From: Dehalococcoidia bacterium
GTDB lineage: Bacteria; Chloroflexota; Dehalococcoidia; UBA2979
Direction: 5' to 3'
Length of the DNA: 64,000 bases
Assembly: GCA_965262725.1 (NCBI GenBank)
Contig: OZ253555.1
Coordinates: 2,240,001 to 2,304,000, forward strand
The notes under the pieces are model-generated. The model saw only the letters and a list, made by a program, of their open reading frames with translations. It had not been told where the DNA came from and did no database searches. The translations under genes and the position numbers were made by a program. This document shows positions 39,525-49,627 of the stretch, in pieces (the first letter of the stretch is position 1; each line of letters opens with the position of its first letter).

Positions 39525-40442
39525 GTGGACACCGCATACATGGCTCGGCGCGCTATGCAGTTTGCCGTCGTCCTGTGGCTCCTCGTCACGATCCTCTTCA
39601 TCATCCCCAGGCTCCAGGGCGATCCGATCCTCCTGCTCACGGAGGGTGATATCGAGCCCGCGGAGGTGGAGCTGCTGCGCATCGCCTACGGGCTCGACCG
39701 ACCGGTCGTTGTCCAGTACATCGACTACCTCGGCAGCCTCGCGACCGGCGACCTGGGGACCTCAATCAAGACCAGCCAGGAGGTCACCGACCTCATCGGG
39801 CAGCGCATCCGCCGCACGCTGCCGCTCGTCATCCCGGCGAAGTTCCTCTCCCTCTTCGTCGCCATCCCGCTGGGAACCATCGCTGCCGTCAAACGCGGGG
39901 GAATCGATGTCTTCGCCGTGGGGATTTCCCTGCTCTTCCAGTCCGTTCCCAATTTCTTCGTCGCGATCCTGTTGATCTTGATCTTCGGCGTGAAGCTCCA
40001 GTGGCTGCCCACGTTTGGCAGCGGGGGGATTGATCACCACATCCTCCCGGTGCTGGTTCTCGCCGCCTACCCGATCGCCCGGTACACGCGGCTGATGCGC
40101 GCCCAGGTGAGCGAGGCCATGCACTCCGACTACGTGCGCACGGCGCGGGCGAAGGGCCTTGCGGAGGCCTCGGTGGTCCGGAGGCACGTGATGCGGAACG
40201 CTCTACTCCCGATCGTCACGCTGGTCGGCCTCGACTTCGGCACGCTCGTTGGCGGATCGATCATCATCGAGGCCGTCTTCAGCTGGCCCGGGTTCGGCAC
40301 GCTCACGCTCGACGCGGTCCTGCGCAAGGACTACCCCGTCATCCAGGGTGCGGGGCTGACGATCGGCCTCCTCGTCCTCACGGGCAGCCTTCTGGCGGAC
40401 CTCGCCTACGGGTATATCGACCCGCGCGTCCGGCGGCGGTGA
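39525..40442 (+). CDS. ABC transporter permease (DppB/OppB type)
   Basis: GLDRPVVVQY, GDLGTS, DYVRTARAKGL, IEAVFSWPG, DYPVIQG, IDPRV. Confidence 0.94.
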   Translation: MDTAYMARRAMQFAVVLWLLVTILFIIPRLQGDPILLLTEGDIEPAEVELLRIAYGLDRPVVVQYIDYLGSLATGDLGTSIKTSQEVTDLIGQRIRRTLPLVIPAKFLSLFVAIPLGTIAAVKRGGIDVFAVGISLLFQSVPNFFVAILLILIFGVKLQWLPTFGSGGIDHHILPVLVLAAYPIARYTRLMRAQVSEAMHSDYVRTARAKGLAEASVVRRHVMRNALLPIVTLVGLDFGTLVGGSIIIEAVFSWPGFGTLTLDAVLRKDYPVIQGAGLTIGLLVLTGSLLADLAYGYIDPRVRRR

Positions 40443-40664
40443 GCGCCGGGCCGGCGCGACGCCCCGCTCGTCGCATCGCCCTCGGGTCTCGCGATGCCAG
40501 GGGGGTGGCGGAGGGGCTCTCGCTTGCCGGAGGAAGGCGGTCGGGTGTCCGTCGTGACGCCGCATCGGTGAGCCCGGGCACGATACCGTCAGGCACTGTA
40601 GACTGCGCGTGGTATCGGCCCGGGGTGGCCGTGTGAAAAAAGAGAGAGTGGAGGACTGTCAGAC

Positions 40665-42350
40665 ATGGAAGAGTTGAGGACCTTGCTCGGCAGGCGCAGC
40701 TTCCTGCGGGGAGCCGCGCTCGGCGGTGTCGGGCTCGCGACGGCAGCCGTTATCGGCTGCGGCGACGGCGACGATGACGACGTGGCGGCGCCAGCCCCCG
40801 CCGCCACGCCCGCACCGCTGCAGGCCACCGCGACGCCGACCGCCTCGACGGCAGCGGCCACGCCCACGCCTACCGCCCAGCCGCCAGAGACCGTGAAGAC
40901 CGGGAGCATGACGATCGCGGTCCAGAGCAGCGTCGGCGAGACCCTGGACCCGAACTCCACGGCGGCGATCGCCGGCGACTACGCCGGCATCTTCGACCAG
41001 CTGCTGCGACGGGATCCGCAGACGAACCAGTACGTGCCCGAGGGACTCGCGTCCTCCTGGGAGTTCGACACGAGCAACCAGACGCGATGGCTCTTCAACC
41101 TCCGCGAGGCCGATTGGAACGACGGCACTCCCTTCACGGCCGATGATGTCAAGTTCAGCCTCGAGTACATCACCAACCCGGACAACAAGTCGCGGCTGAT
41201 CTCGCGACTCAACACCGTCGATCACGTGGAGGTCATCGACCCCCGCACGGCCGTGGTCGTCACGAAGGCACCGGACCCGATCCTCGATCGGCGCATGATC
41301 TCGAGCTGGGTCCTCCCGAAGCACATCTACGAGGACGCGTCGAAGGGTGCCGAGTGGCAGGCGCTCAGCGGGACCCCGGTCGGGACCGGGTCCTACGTCG
41401 TTGACAAGTGGATCCAGGCGGAGCGGACGGACCTGGTTGCGAGCGCGAGTTCGTGGCGCGGCAACAAGGGCGTGATCGAGGCTGTCGGGGCCAACATCAC
41501 CGAGGGGTCGACGCGCACGGCCGCGTTCGAGGCCGGCGATGTCTCGGCGATCGCTGCCCCCCTGCTCGAGGTTAGTCGCCTGCAGGGCCTGCACAACGGC
41601 GGCGTCACCGCCGCGGTCAACGTCAGCAACGCGCACACGAACTTCTCGGTGGAATACCACGAGGGACCGACGTCCGACCTGCGCGTGCGCCTGGCGCTCG
41701 CCCACGCGCTCGACAACGCGAGCTACGCCGGCCTCTACGAGGGCTTCGCCGAGGAGATGCAGGGGCAGCAGCTGACGCGCTCCGACTTCGGATTCAACCC
41801 GAACGTCGGCCCGTACGGCTACAACCAGGAGATGTCGCGGACGCTGCTCAAGGACGCCGGCTTCGCGGGCGGCTTCGATGCCCCCATCGGGCAGCTCACG
41901 GGTAACGATCCCGTCGTCGACGCCCACACGCTGGCCGTGAAGGATGCCCTCGACCAGATCGGCCTGAACACGAGCATCGTGAACATCGATGTCAGCACGT
42001 GGCGCGATCACATCTACGGCCGGACGCCGCGGATCATGCTCGAGCGCTGGGCCTTCAGCGGGATCGGACAGCACGACGCGTCGTTCGCGCTCAGCTGGTC
42101 GGAGGGCAGCCAGCCGTCGAAGTTCTACGCCAATGCCGATTTCGACCGGGCGTTCAACACGGCGATCACGACGATGGACTCCTCGGCACGTGAGAAAGTG
42201 TTCTGGGAGGCCGTGCAGGTCATGCACGACGACCCGCCCGCCGTGTGGTCGACCACGCGGCCGTCGGTCGTTGCGTGGCGCAGCGACCAGTACGATCTCT
42301 CGCTCTGGGAGCGGCCGACCATCTTCTTCGACCAGGTGGCGATCATCTGA
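40665..42350 (+). CDS. ABC transporter substrate-binding protein family 5, Tat lipoprotein
   Basis: RRSFLRG twin-Arg plus lipobox VIGC; P/T/A linker; LASSWE, WNDGTPFTADDVKFS, PVGTGSY; GGAGG RBS. Confidence 0.93.
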   Translation: MEELRTLLGRRSFLRGAALGGVGLATAAVIGCGDGDDDDVAAPAPAATPAPLQATATPTASTAAATPTPTAQPPETVKTGSMTIAVQSSVGETLDPNSTAAIAGDYAGIFDQLLRRDPQTNQYVPEGLASSWEFDTSNQTRWLFNLREADWNDGTPFTADDVKFSLEYITNPDNKSRLISRLNTVDHVEVIDPRTAVVVTKAPDPILDRRMISSWVLPKHIYEDASKGAEWQALSGTPVGTGSYVVDKWIQAERTDLVASASSWRGNKGVIEAVGANITEGSTRTAAFEAGDVSAIAAPLLEVSRLQGLHNGGVTAAVNVSNAHTNFSVEYHEGPTSDLRVRLALAHALDNASYAGLYEGFAEEMQGQQLTRSDFGFNPNVGPYGYNQEMSRTLLKDAGFAGGFDAPIGQLTGNDPVVDAHTLAVKDALDQIGLNTSIVNIDVSTWRDHIYGRTPRIMLERWAFSGIGQHDASFALSWSEGSQPSKFYANADFDRAFNTAITTMDSSAREKVFWEAVQVMHDDPPAVWSTTRPSVVAWRSDQYDLSLWERPTIFFDQVAII

Positions 42351-42367
42351 TCGAAGTAGTCGCGTGC

Positions 42368-42400
42368 GGTGGGGGACCGGCCGTAAGCCGGTCCCCCACC
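42368..42400 (+). terminator. Perfect 14-bp stem-loop after the SBP gene (terminator or mRNA stabiliser)
   Basis: GGTGGGGGACCGGC-cgtaa-GCCGGTCCCCCACC; no U-tract. Confidence 0.7.
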
Positions 42401-42444
42401 CACCCGCGAAGCCCCGCCCGGCGGTCCATCCCGGGGGGCACGGC

Positions 42445-43551
42445 GTGACGGGGTCACGGCCCCACCGCGTCGGCGTGATCGGCACCTCCTGGGCGGCGCG
42501 CGTCCCGCTCCCCACCTTTGTCTCCTACCCCGGCGTGGAGGTCACCGCGATCTGCAGCGGCCGCCTCGAACGCGCCGAAGAGGCAGCGCGGCGCTTCGGC
42601 GCCCGGACGGCGGTGGACGACTACCGCGCGCTTGTCGAGTCGCCCGACGTCGACATCGTCTACATCGGGGCGCCGGTCCGGCTGCACCGCGAGATGGCCC
42701 TGGCCGCGGCGGCGGCCGGGAAGCACATCCTCTGCGAGAAGCCGCTCGCGTTCGATGTCGCGGAGGCCGCGGAGATGCTGGCCGCCGCGCGAGCCGCCGC
42801 CGTCGCACATGTCACCTCCTTCTTCGTGCGCCCGTTCGAGAGCCACCAGTACGTCAAGCGGCTCGTCGAAGATGGCACCATCGGCGAGCCGCGCCAGCTC
42901 TCCGTCACGCACTTCCCCGGCTGGCAGCGCGGCGCGTGGAGCTGGCTCGACTCGGTCGCCCAGGGCGGAGGTCATCTCGGCGCCGTCGGTGCGCACTTCA
43001 TCGATCTGGCGCGCGACTGGCTCGGCGAGTTCGCCACCGTCTCGGCGCACGTGCGCACCTGGGTAGCCGAGGCCGACGACGCCGACGGCGTGCGCCAACA
43101 GGTCGACGCGGACGACGCGTTCCTGCTCACGGGAGCGATGGAGAGCGGCGCCCTCTACTCGATCCACTTCGGGCGCAACGTGCCGCCCGGGCGTGGTCGC
43201 CGCATCGAGCTCTACGGCAGCGAGGGCGCGGTGACCGTCGACGGTGACGAGGCGCGCGGTGGCGCACGGGTCTACTTCGCGCGGCGCGGCGCGCGGGCGC
43301 CCCACGAGGTGACGCTGCCCCCGTCGCGGCTGCCCGCCGCCGTCCGCGAGAGCGCGGTCCCGATCTTCGGTGCGATGATCGACGCGCTCCTGAGGTCGAT
43401 CGAGGAGGGATCTGCCAGGGGGCCGAGTTTCGAGGACGGGCTGCGGTGCCAGGAAGTGCTGGACGCCGCGCGGCTGTCGGCGACGGAGGGACGCACTGTG
43501 CCGGTGACCCGGGTGGCCGCCGGCGCGATGGGAGAGAGGACACCGCGATGA
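42445..43551 (+). CDS. Gfo/Idh/MocA family oxidoreductase
   Basis: VGVIGT, DVDIVYI, GKHILCEKP, GGG.L...G.HFID, IELYGSEG, PSFEDG. Confidence 0.92.
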   Translation: MTGSRPHRVGVIGTSWAARVPLPTFVSYPGVEVTAICSGRLERAEEAARRFGARTAVDDYRALVESPDVDIVYIGAPVRLHREMALAAAAAGKHILCEKPLAFDVAEAAEMLAAARAAAVAHVTSFFVRPFESHQYVKRLVEDGTIGEPRQLSVTHFPGWQRGAWSWLDSVAQGGGHLGAVGAHFIDLARDWLGEFATVSAHVRTWVAEADDADGVRQQVDADDAFLLTGAMESGALYSIHFGRNVPPGRGRRIELYGSEGAVTVDGDEARGGARVYFARRGARAPHEVTLPPSRLPAAVRESAVPIFGAMIDALLRSIEEGSARGPSFEDGLRCQEVLDAARLSATEGRTVPVTRVAAGAMGERTPR

Positions 43552-44009
43552 TCGTTGGCCTGCATGTGATCCTGCTTCGCGTGGAAGACGTTGAGCGGGA
43601 GCGACAGTTCTACGAGGACGCCTTCGACCTGCCCCTGGAGGAGATCCCGCGGGTCGAGGGCCAGCTCGCACACCTCCGACTGCCCGGGATCGCGTACGAC
43701 GGGGGGTCCACCTTCAGCGGGACGCTCGAGATCATCGCAGGCGGGAAGCCCCAGCCGGTCCCCGACGACCGCATCCACTCCCCGACGACGCCCGTCTTCC
43801 AGGTCGACGATATCGAGGAGTCGATGCGCCGCGTGGTGGCCGCCGGTGGCACCGTCGTGAACGAGCCATGGAGCAGCACGCAGCGCAGCGCGTTCACGAG
43901 CCAGGAGATCTTCGAGAGTGCCCGGCGCTCGGGGCGAGGCGTGCAGCTCGCCTACTTCGCCGATCCCGAGGGGCATGTGATCGGCCTGCGGCGCCCGATC
44001 GCCGTGTAG
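43548..44009 (+). CDS. VOC/glyoxalase family protein
   Basis: LHVILLRVEDVERERQFY, FQVDDI, AAGG, YFADPEGHVI. Confidence 0.88.
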   Translation: MIVGLHVILLRVEDVERERQFYEDAFDLPLEEIPRVEGQLAHLRLPGIAYDGGSTFSGTLEIIAGGKPQPVPDDRIHSPTTPVFQVDDIEESMRRVVAAGGTVVNEPWSSTQRSAFTSQEIFESARRSGRGVQLAYFADPEGHVIGLRRPIAV

Positions 44010-44094
44010 CAGCGGTTCCTTGATCGGCAGGCCCCCGGGTCGCGCCCCGGCGGCGTGATCGGGGGCGGCGACCGGCGTGATGCGGCGCGGTTCG

Positions 44095-45228
44095 CTATGT
44101 CGCGCCGCGCCACATCCGGGCGAAGTCCGTCGGGGCGGCCGAGCCGCTGCCGAGCAGCGCTGGAAGCAGGCCAGGGTCGGGCTCGATGTCACGGAGCACC
44201 GGGAGCACGCGCTCGACGAAGCGGCCGAGGCTCGCACGGATGCGCTCGTCCTCCATGTGGCCGAAGTTCATCCAGCAGAGCAGGTTCTGAATGCCGAGCT
44301 GTGCGAGCGGCGTGAGGCGCTCCACCACCTCCTCGGCGGTGCCGGCGACGAGCCAGCCGCCGCGCATGTAGCGATCACGCCAGTCGGAGAACTGTGACGG
44401 CGAGAGGTCCGCCCCGGCCTCGCCGGCGTTCGCCACGGCGCTCTTGCGGACGTAGACATCGATGGGATCGGCGATCGAGCGCCGCCAGTCCTCGCCGTCC
44501 TCGGCGACGTAGATCTGACGGAGCACGCTCGTGTCGGCGAGACCGCGGGCGCGGACGCCTTCCCCCCCGTTCGCTGAGGCGACCTCGAGTCCGCCGAGGT
44601 AGTGAGCCAACCGCGGCGCCAACACGTCCACTTCGACCGGGCCGAGCAGCAGCGACCAGCCGCGCCGCCCCGCCATCTCGAGCCGGCCGGGATCGGAGGA
44701 GGCGAAGGCGATGTGCGGGTGAGGTTTCTGCACGGGCGCCGGGATGACGCGGCCACGCACCTCTCCCTGGTAGTGGGATCCCTGGTAGGCGAAGCCCGCA
44801 GGACCCGCGGACCACGCGAGGTCGCAGACCTCCATGAACTCGGCCATTCGCTCATGACGGCGCGTTATGTCGACCCCATACCCGGCGAACTCGTCGGGGG
44901 CGTTGCCGGGCCCGATGCCGATGACGACCTTCCCCGCCGTGAGCTGGTCGAGGAGGTTGCAGCGCGTCACGAAACGGATCGGGTGCTCCAGGGGGACGAC
45001 GTTGACCGCGAAGCCGATGCGCATCGAGGGGTTTCGTTGGCTGATCGCCGCCGCCATCGTGATCGGATCCGAATAGACGTTGTAGCCCGTGAAGTGATGC
45101 TCGGTGATCCAGATGTCCGAGAAGCCCCGTCGCTCGGCGAGGTCGACCTGCGCGAGCACCTCCGCCAGCACGCGGCGATCGTCGGCGGGCCCCGGCGTCT
45201 GCGGGTTCAGGTAGTAGCTCGCGCGCAG
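44095..45228 (-). CDS. Luciferase-like (LLM) oxidoreductase, probable CTG start
   Basis: WITEHHF, IGFAV, LDQLTAG, PVQKPHP, AGTAEEV; N-terminus extends in frame to CTG 45228 with GGAG 7 nt upstream. Confidence 0.9.
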   Translation of the reverse strand: MRASYYLNPQTPGPADDRRVLAEVLAQVDLAERRGFSDIWITEHHFTGYNVYSDPITMAAAISQRNPSMRIGFAVNVVPLEHPIRFVTRCNLLDQLTAGKVVIGIGPGNAPDEFAGYGVDITRRHERMAEFMEVCDLAWSAGPAGFAYQGSHYQGEVRGRVIPAPVQKPHPHIAFASSDPGRLEMAGRRGWSLLLGPVEVDVLAPRLAHYLGGLEVASANGGEGVRARGLADTSVLRQIYVAEDGEDWRRSIADPIDVYVRKSAVANAGEAGADLSPSQFSDWRDRYMRGGWLVAGTAEEVVERLTPLAQLGIQNLLCWMNFGHMEDERIRASLGRFVERVLPVLRDIEPDPGLLPALLGSGSAAPTDFARMWRGAT

Positions 45229-45255
45229 CGTTCGACTCCGTCCGGTGGCCGAGGG

Positions 45256-46416
45256 CTAGTAGACTTTCTCGTCGCGCAGCCGCGTGATCTCGTCCCAGCC
45301 GTAGCCTATCTCCTCAAGGTAGCGCTCGGTGTGCTCACCGTAGGTCGGCGGCGGCGTGGCTCGCGCCATGGGCTCGCGGTCGAATGTGATCGGCATCCCC
45401 ACGACCGTGATCGCGCCGTGCTCCGGGTGGTCCATGTCGAGGAGATAGCCGTTCGCGCGGGCCTGGGGGTCGTCCCGGATATCGCCGTAGCGCTGCACCG
45501 GCGCTGCCGCGATCCCCGCACCCCGCAGCCGCTCGACCCAGTCGGAGGCGCGGCGGGACGGGAGCCGCTCGCGGAGGCCGCTGAGGATCGAGCCGAGAGT
45601 GTTCTCGTCCGCCTGCTCGGTCGGCGGATCCAGACCCGCGACCTCGCAGAGCGTCGCGATCCCCGCCGGATCGGTGCAGCCGATGGCGATCCAGCCGTCG
45701 GCCGCCTCGAATGCCTGCCAGACGCCGCGGCCGTTGATCAGCGAGTGGCCGACGCCCGCGCGGGGCTCGGCGCCCCCTCCCCGCAGCGATCGCTCCGCGA
45801 ATTCCCACGCCTGGAGAGCCACCTGGCCACCGTAGAGCGACGTGTCGACCTGCTCACCGTGGCCGGTTCGCGCGGCGCGGGCGAGGGCGGCGAGCAGCGC
45901 CGAGCAGAGCACGAGCGCGCCGACCTGATCCGTGACCGCGCACCCGGTCGTCATCGGCGCTCCGCCGTCGAAGCCAGTGCGCCACATGAGCCCACCGCGG
46001 GCATGGCCCACCATGTCGACGGCGCCCTCGGAGACGCGCGGGCCGAAGGGGCCCCAGCCCGAGCCCTGCACGACGACGACCCGCGCGTTCACGCGGCGGA
46101 GGTCCTCGAATCCGAGGCCGAGCTTCTCCATCACGCCCTGGCGGAAGTTGCTGGTCACGACGTCGGAGGTCGCCGCCAGGCGCCGGGCGATCTCGTTGCC
46201 CTCCGGGTGCTTCAGGTCGAGGCTGATCGACCGCTTGTTGCGGGTGTGCGCGAGCACGAAGCCTCGCATCCACGGCTCGCCGCCGCCGATGCGCCCACCG
46301 CTCCTCTCGACCTTGATGACCTCGGCACCCATGTCGGCGAGCAGCTTCGTGGCATGCGGGCCCTGCTGAGCGATGGTGAAGTCGAGGACGCGGATGCCGG
46401 TGAGGGGGCCGCTCAT
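45256..46416 (-). CDS. Family III CoA-transferase, pair 2 downstream subunit
   Basis: DFTIAQQGPHA..LLADMGAEVIKVE, NKRSISLDLK, NFRQGVMEKLGLG, VTDQVG. Confidence 0.93.
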   Translation of the reverse strand: MSGPLTGIRVLDFTIAQQGPHATKLLADMGAEVIKVERSGGRIGGGEPWMRGFVLAHTRNKRSISLDLKHPEGNEIARRLAATSDVVTSNFRQGVMEKLGLGFEDLRRVNARVVVVQGSGWGPFGPRVSEGAVDMVGHARGGLMWRTGFDGGAPMTTGCAVTDQVGALVLCSALLAALARAARTGHGEQVDTSLYGGQVALQAWEFAERSLRGGGAEPRAGVGHSLINGRGVWQAFEAADGWIAIGCTDPAGIATLCEVAGLDPPTEQADENTLGSILSGLRERLPSRRASDWVERLRGAGIAAAPVQRYGDIRDDPQARANGYLLDMDHPEHGAITVVGMPITFDREPMARATPPPTYGEHTERYLEEIGYGWDEITRLRDEKVY

Positions 46417-47603
46417 GCGACCACGCCGTCCGCGCGCAGCGCGGCGATCGCGTCGGGCGTGTAGCCGATCTCGGCGAGCAGCGCCTCGGCATCGGCTCCA
46501 CGAGCGGGCGGCGGCGTGGGCGCCGGCGACGGCTCGCGTCCGAACATGAAGGGCGAACCGCAGACCGGCACGGTGCCGCGCTCCGGGTGCTCCACGTCGA
46601 CCACGTAGCCATTCGCTCGCGCCTGCGGGTCGGCGGCGATGTCGTCGTCGTCCTGCACCTTCACGCCGAGGATGTCGCGCTGCGCGATCTCCTCGAGCCA
46701 CGCCGTGACCGGACGCGTGCGCAGCCGCTCGCCGAACGTCGCCACGATCTCGTCGATGTGCTCGGCCTGGGCTCGCTCGTCGGGCCAGCGCTCGGACATC
46801 TCCGGCTCGCCGATCATGTCGCAGAGCTGGGGCCAGCGTGCGCGCAGCACGCCCGCGATCTGGAGCCAGCCGTCGGCGGTCTCGAACGCGTGGCAGATGC
46901 GACGATCGCTGACGTCGGGGTGGCCGACGGAGATGCGTTCCGTGACTCGCCCGAGCAGCCACTCGCTGTCTATTTCCCAGGACTGCATCCCGATCTGCGA
47001 GCCGTAGAGCGAGACGTCGACGCGGCGTCCGCGCCCCTCCCGCTCGGCGCCGGTCACCGCCGCGAGGACACCGACCACCAGGTAGAGAGCACCGACGCCG
47101 TCGGCGAGAGCGACGCCGGCCGGCATCGGGGGGCCGTCCGGCTCGCCCGTCTTCCACATCACGCCGCCGACCGCCTGCGCGGTGATATCGGCGCCCGGAG
47201 CGCCGGCGAGCGGGCCCAGCGGACCGTACGGAGAGGTCACGGCGAGCACGGCGCGGGGAGACTCCGCGCGCAGCCGCTCCTCGTCGAGGCCGAGCTCGGT
47301 GAGCAGTCCGAGCCCGAGCGGCGCGACGATGGCGTGGGCGTGTCGCACGAGCGACAGCACGAGCTCGGCCGCCCGGGGGCTCCCCGGCTCGACCGCGATA
47401 CTGCGCTTCCCGCTCTCGACTGCGATCTCCCACGACGACGGTGCCGGCTCGCCGAGGTCCACGGGCGAGCCGCGCCGCGGCTCACCGGCTCGCTCCACCT
47501 TCACCACGTCGGCGCCCATCTCCGCCAGCATTTTCGTGGCGAGCAGGCCCTGCCCCGTCTCGGAGAGGTCGAGGATGCGCACGCCCGCCAGCGGCGATGT
47601 CAC
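46413..47603 (-). CDS. Family III CoA-transferase, pair 2 upstream subunit
   Basis: PLAGVRILDLS, LAEMGADVVKVE, GKRSI, LADGVG, DVSLYGSQIGMQSWE, FETADGW. Confidence 0.9.
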   Translation of the reverse strand: MTSPLAGVRILDLSETGQGLLATKMLAEMGADVVKVERAGEPRRGSPVDLGEPAPSSWEIAVESGKRSIAVEPGSPRAAELVLSLVRHAHAIVAPLGLGLLTELGLDEERLRAESPRAVLAVTSPYGPLGPLAGAPGADITAQAVGGVMWKTGEPDGPPMPAGVALADGVGALYLVVGVLAAVTGAEREGRGRRVDVSLYGSQIGMQSWEIDSEWLLGRVTERISVGHPDVSDRRICHAFETADGWLQIAGVLRARWPQLCDMIGEPEMSERWPDERAQAEHIDEIVATFGERLRTRPVTAWLEEIAQRDILGVKVQDDDDIAADPQARANGYVVDVEHPERGTVPVCGSPFMFGREPSPAPTPPPARGADAEALLAEIGYTPDAIAALRADGVVA

Positions 47604-48421
47604 GATTGCGCGGCCGCCTGCGCCGCCGGAGACTCGGAGGCTCGAGCACCGATCATTTCGTTCCGGGCCGTGGCGACGCAGGCGACGAGCGAACGCCCGA
47701 AGACGCCCCGCTCGTCGTGAAGCGCGCACTCGCCGACCGCCACCCCCTCGGCGCTCCCGCGAGCCACGACATCGAGACAGATCCACTCGCCCACCGGCAG
47801 CCGGTGCATGTAGAGCGTCATGTCCGCGTTCTTGAAGTAGAGCCCCACAGGACTGCGGTTGCTCACCGGGCTCGTGGCCTCGGCGCCCTCCGACGCCCTC
47901 ACCAGCGGCGTCAGCGGCGCGCCGTCGACGAGCGGCATCCGCATTCGCGTCCAGCGCGCCGCGGGCTCCGACCCCCCCGTCGGGCGCAGCGAGCGATTCT
48001 CGATCGAGGACGTGGCGGGGTTCCGACCCGGCCATCGATCCGTGGCGATTCCCTCCGGGCCGGAGACGGTTCGCGGGGGCGTTGTGGCGACGTCTCCGGG
48101 CGGCTCCTCGGTCCGGCGGATGAGCAGCGCCGTGGCACGGCTCACCTCGACGCCGTCATGCGTGAGCGAGACGTCGACGACCCGGATGCGCCGCCCGTCC
48201 CTCACGACCCGAGAGCTCATCCCGAGCGGCCCACGCGGCACAGGGCGGTACATGTCGAAGGTGAGGCGCGCGGGATGCAGCGTGCCGTCGACGTGGCGCT
48301 CGACCTCGTGAGCGAGGAGCCCCGTCACGAGTCCGCCGCCGAGCTCATTGTCGCCCCACGGCCCGCGGGCATTCTCACCGGGAATGTAGAGCCCGTCCTC
48401 GAGCGTGAACGCGGCGCTCAT
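47600..48421 (-). CDS. Thioesterase family protein (double hotdog)
   Basis: ARGPW....GG, RLTFDMYRPVP, RDGRRI, NADMTLYMHRLPVGEW, LHDERG; start ATG 48421 or 48454. Confidence 0.82.
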   Translation of the reverse strand: MSAAFTLEDGLYIPGENARGPWGDNELGGGLVTGLLAHEVERHVDGTLHPARLTFDMYRPVPRGPLGMSSRVVRDGRRIRVVDVSLTHDGVEVSRATALLIRRTEEPPGDVATTPPRTVSGPEGIATDRWPGRNPATSSIENRSLRPTGGSEPAARWTRMRMPLVDGAPLTPLVRASEGAEATSPVSNRSPVGLYFKNADMTLYMHRLPVGEWICLDVVARGSAEGVAVGECALHDERGVFGRSLVACVATARNEMIGARASESPAAQAAAQS

Positions 48422-48542
48422 CGTGGCGCAGCCCGGCGAGCGGTCTCTCTGCATGACGATTGCTGGTGCATCGATCCCGCCCCTCTGGCCTCGCGTGGAC
48501 GCTAGGCGGGCACCGGGGGACTGTCAACAGGAACCGCGGGCG

Positions 48543-49406
48543 CTACCGCTCGCCCCTCGCGAAGCGGCGGATCGCATCCAGGACGGCGGCCGGCTGGTCG
48601 TGGTGTACCCAGTGGCCCGCATCGGGAACGACGAGGGTCTGTGCGTCGCGGAAGTGGTCGGCGTCCGCAGGACTCTGAACCCCCCGCCCAGCAGCCTCGT
48701 CGCCGATGAGCAGCAGCACGGGGCAGCGCACGCGCGCCCAGATCGGGGGCGCCTCCTCGGGACGGAGCTCGACCGGATCGCTGGAGTCTACCCACGGATC
48801 GAACTTCCACGCGTGGCCCCCGTCGACCGGCCGCACCGCATACGACGCGAGCTCGAGGGCCCGGTCCGCGGGAAGCCGCGGGTTGCCGCGACGCATCCGC
48901 TCGGCGGCGGCCTCGATACTCGGGAGGAGCCGCGGCAGGCGGCGCTCGAGGGCCCGCGTGTGGTCGACCCACTCCCGCAGCGAGTCGGGCTCGGCGCGCG
49001 GCAGCCTCTGCAGGTGGGCGCCCGTCCCCTCGATCGCGACGATGCGCTCGACATGCTCGGGATAGAGCCCGGCTGCGAGAGTGGCGACGAGACCCCCGCC
49101 GGAGTGCCCGACCACCGACGCCCGGCCGCCGACGACATCGATCAACGCGATGAGGTCGGCGATGTAGTCCGCGAAGACGTAGTGCGCGCCGATCGCCCAC
49201 TGCGAGTCCCCGTGGCCGCGCAGGTCGGCAGCGACCACGTACCACTCCCGCGACAGCTCGGCGGCGAGTCGATCCCACGAGCGCGCGTGGTCGCGCTTCC
49301 CATGAAGGAGGATCAGGGGAGGGCGGGCCCCGTCTCCCCACGCCCAGTACGCGAGGCGCAGCCGCTGCGACTCAAAGACGTGCTGTGTCGGATCGCTCGC
49401 CGTCAT
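48543..49406 (-). CDS. Alpha/beta hydrolase (canonical GHSGG)
   Basis: LLHG, DLRGHGDS, VGHSGGG, WKFDP, AGHWVHHDQP. Confidence 0.92.
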   Translation of the reverse strand: MTASDPTQHVFESQRLRLAYWAWGDGARPPLILLHGKRDHARSWDRLAAELSREWYVVAADLRGHGDSQWAIGAHYVFADYIADLIALIDVVGGRASVVGHSGGGLVATLAAGLYPEHVERIVAIEGTGAHLQRLPRAEPDSLREWVDHTRALERRLPRLLPSIEAAAERMRRGNPRLPADRALELASYAVRPVDGGHAWKFDPWVDSSDPVELRPEEAPPIWARVRCPVLLLIGDEAAGRGVQSPADADHFRDAQTLVVPDAGHWVHHDQPAAVLDAIRRFARGER

Positions 49407-49627
49407 CGGCTCCGCCTTATCGTCGGCCCGCGCGCAGCGCTCGGAGCCCGCCTCGCGGCGCCGGCCGGGACGCCCGAGACGCCCGCTCACAGCGACACGC
49501 GTCGGGCGCGAGATGGGCGGGCATCCTTCTCGTCGCGGAGCCTGACGCCACCATTCTACGCGCGGGTGTGATACTCCTAGGAGCGACCGTGCGCATTGCG
49601 CCGGGACGGTCGGGAGGGAGCCATTCG

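Noticed and set aside
40439-40636. 65-aa ORF overlapping the permease stop as a DppC remnant
   Set aside because: No hydrophobic segments or permease motifs; overlaps the probable SBP promoter
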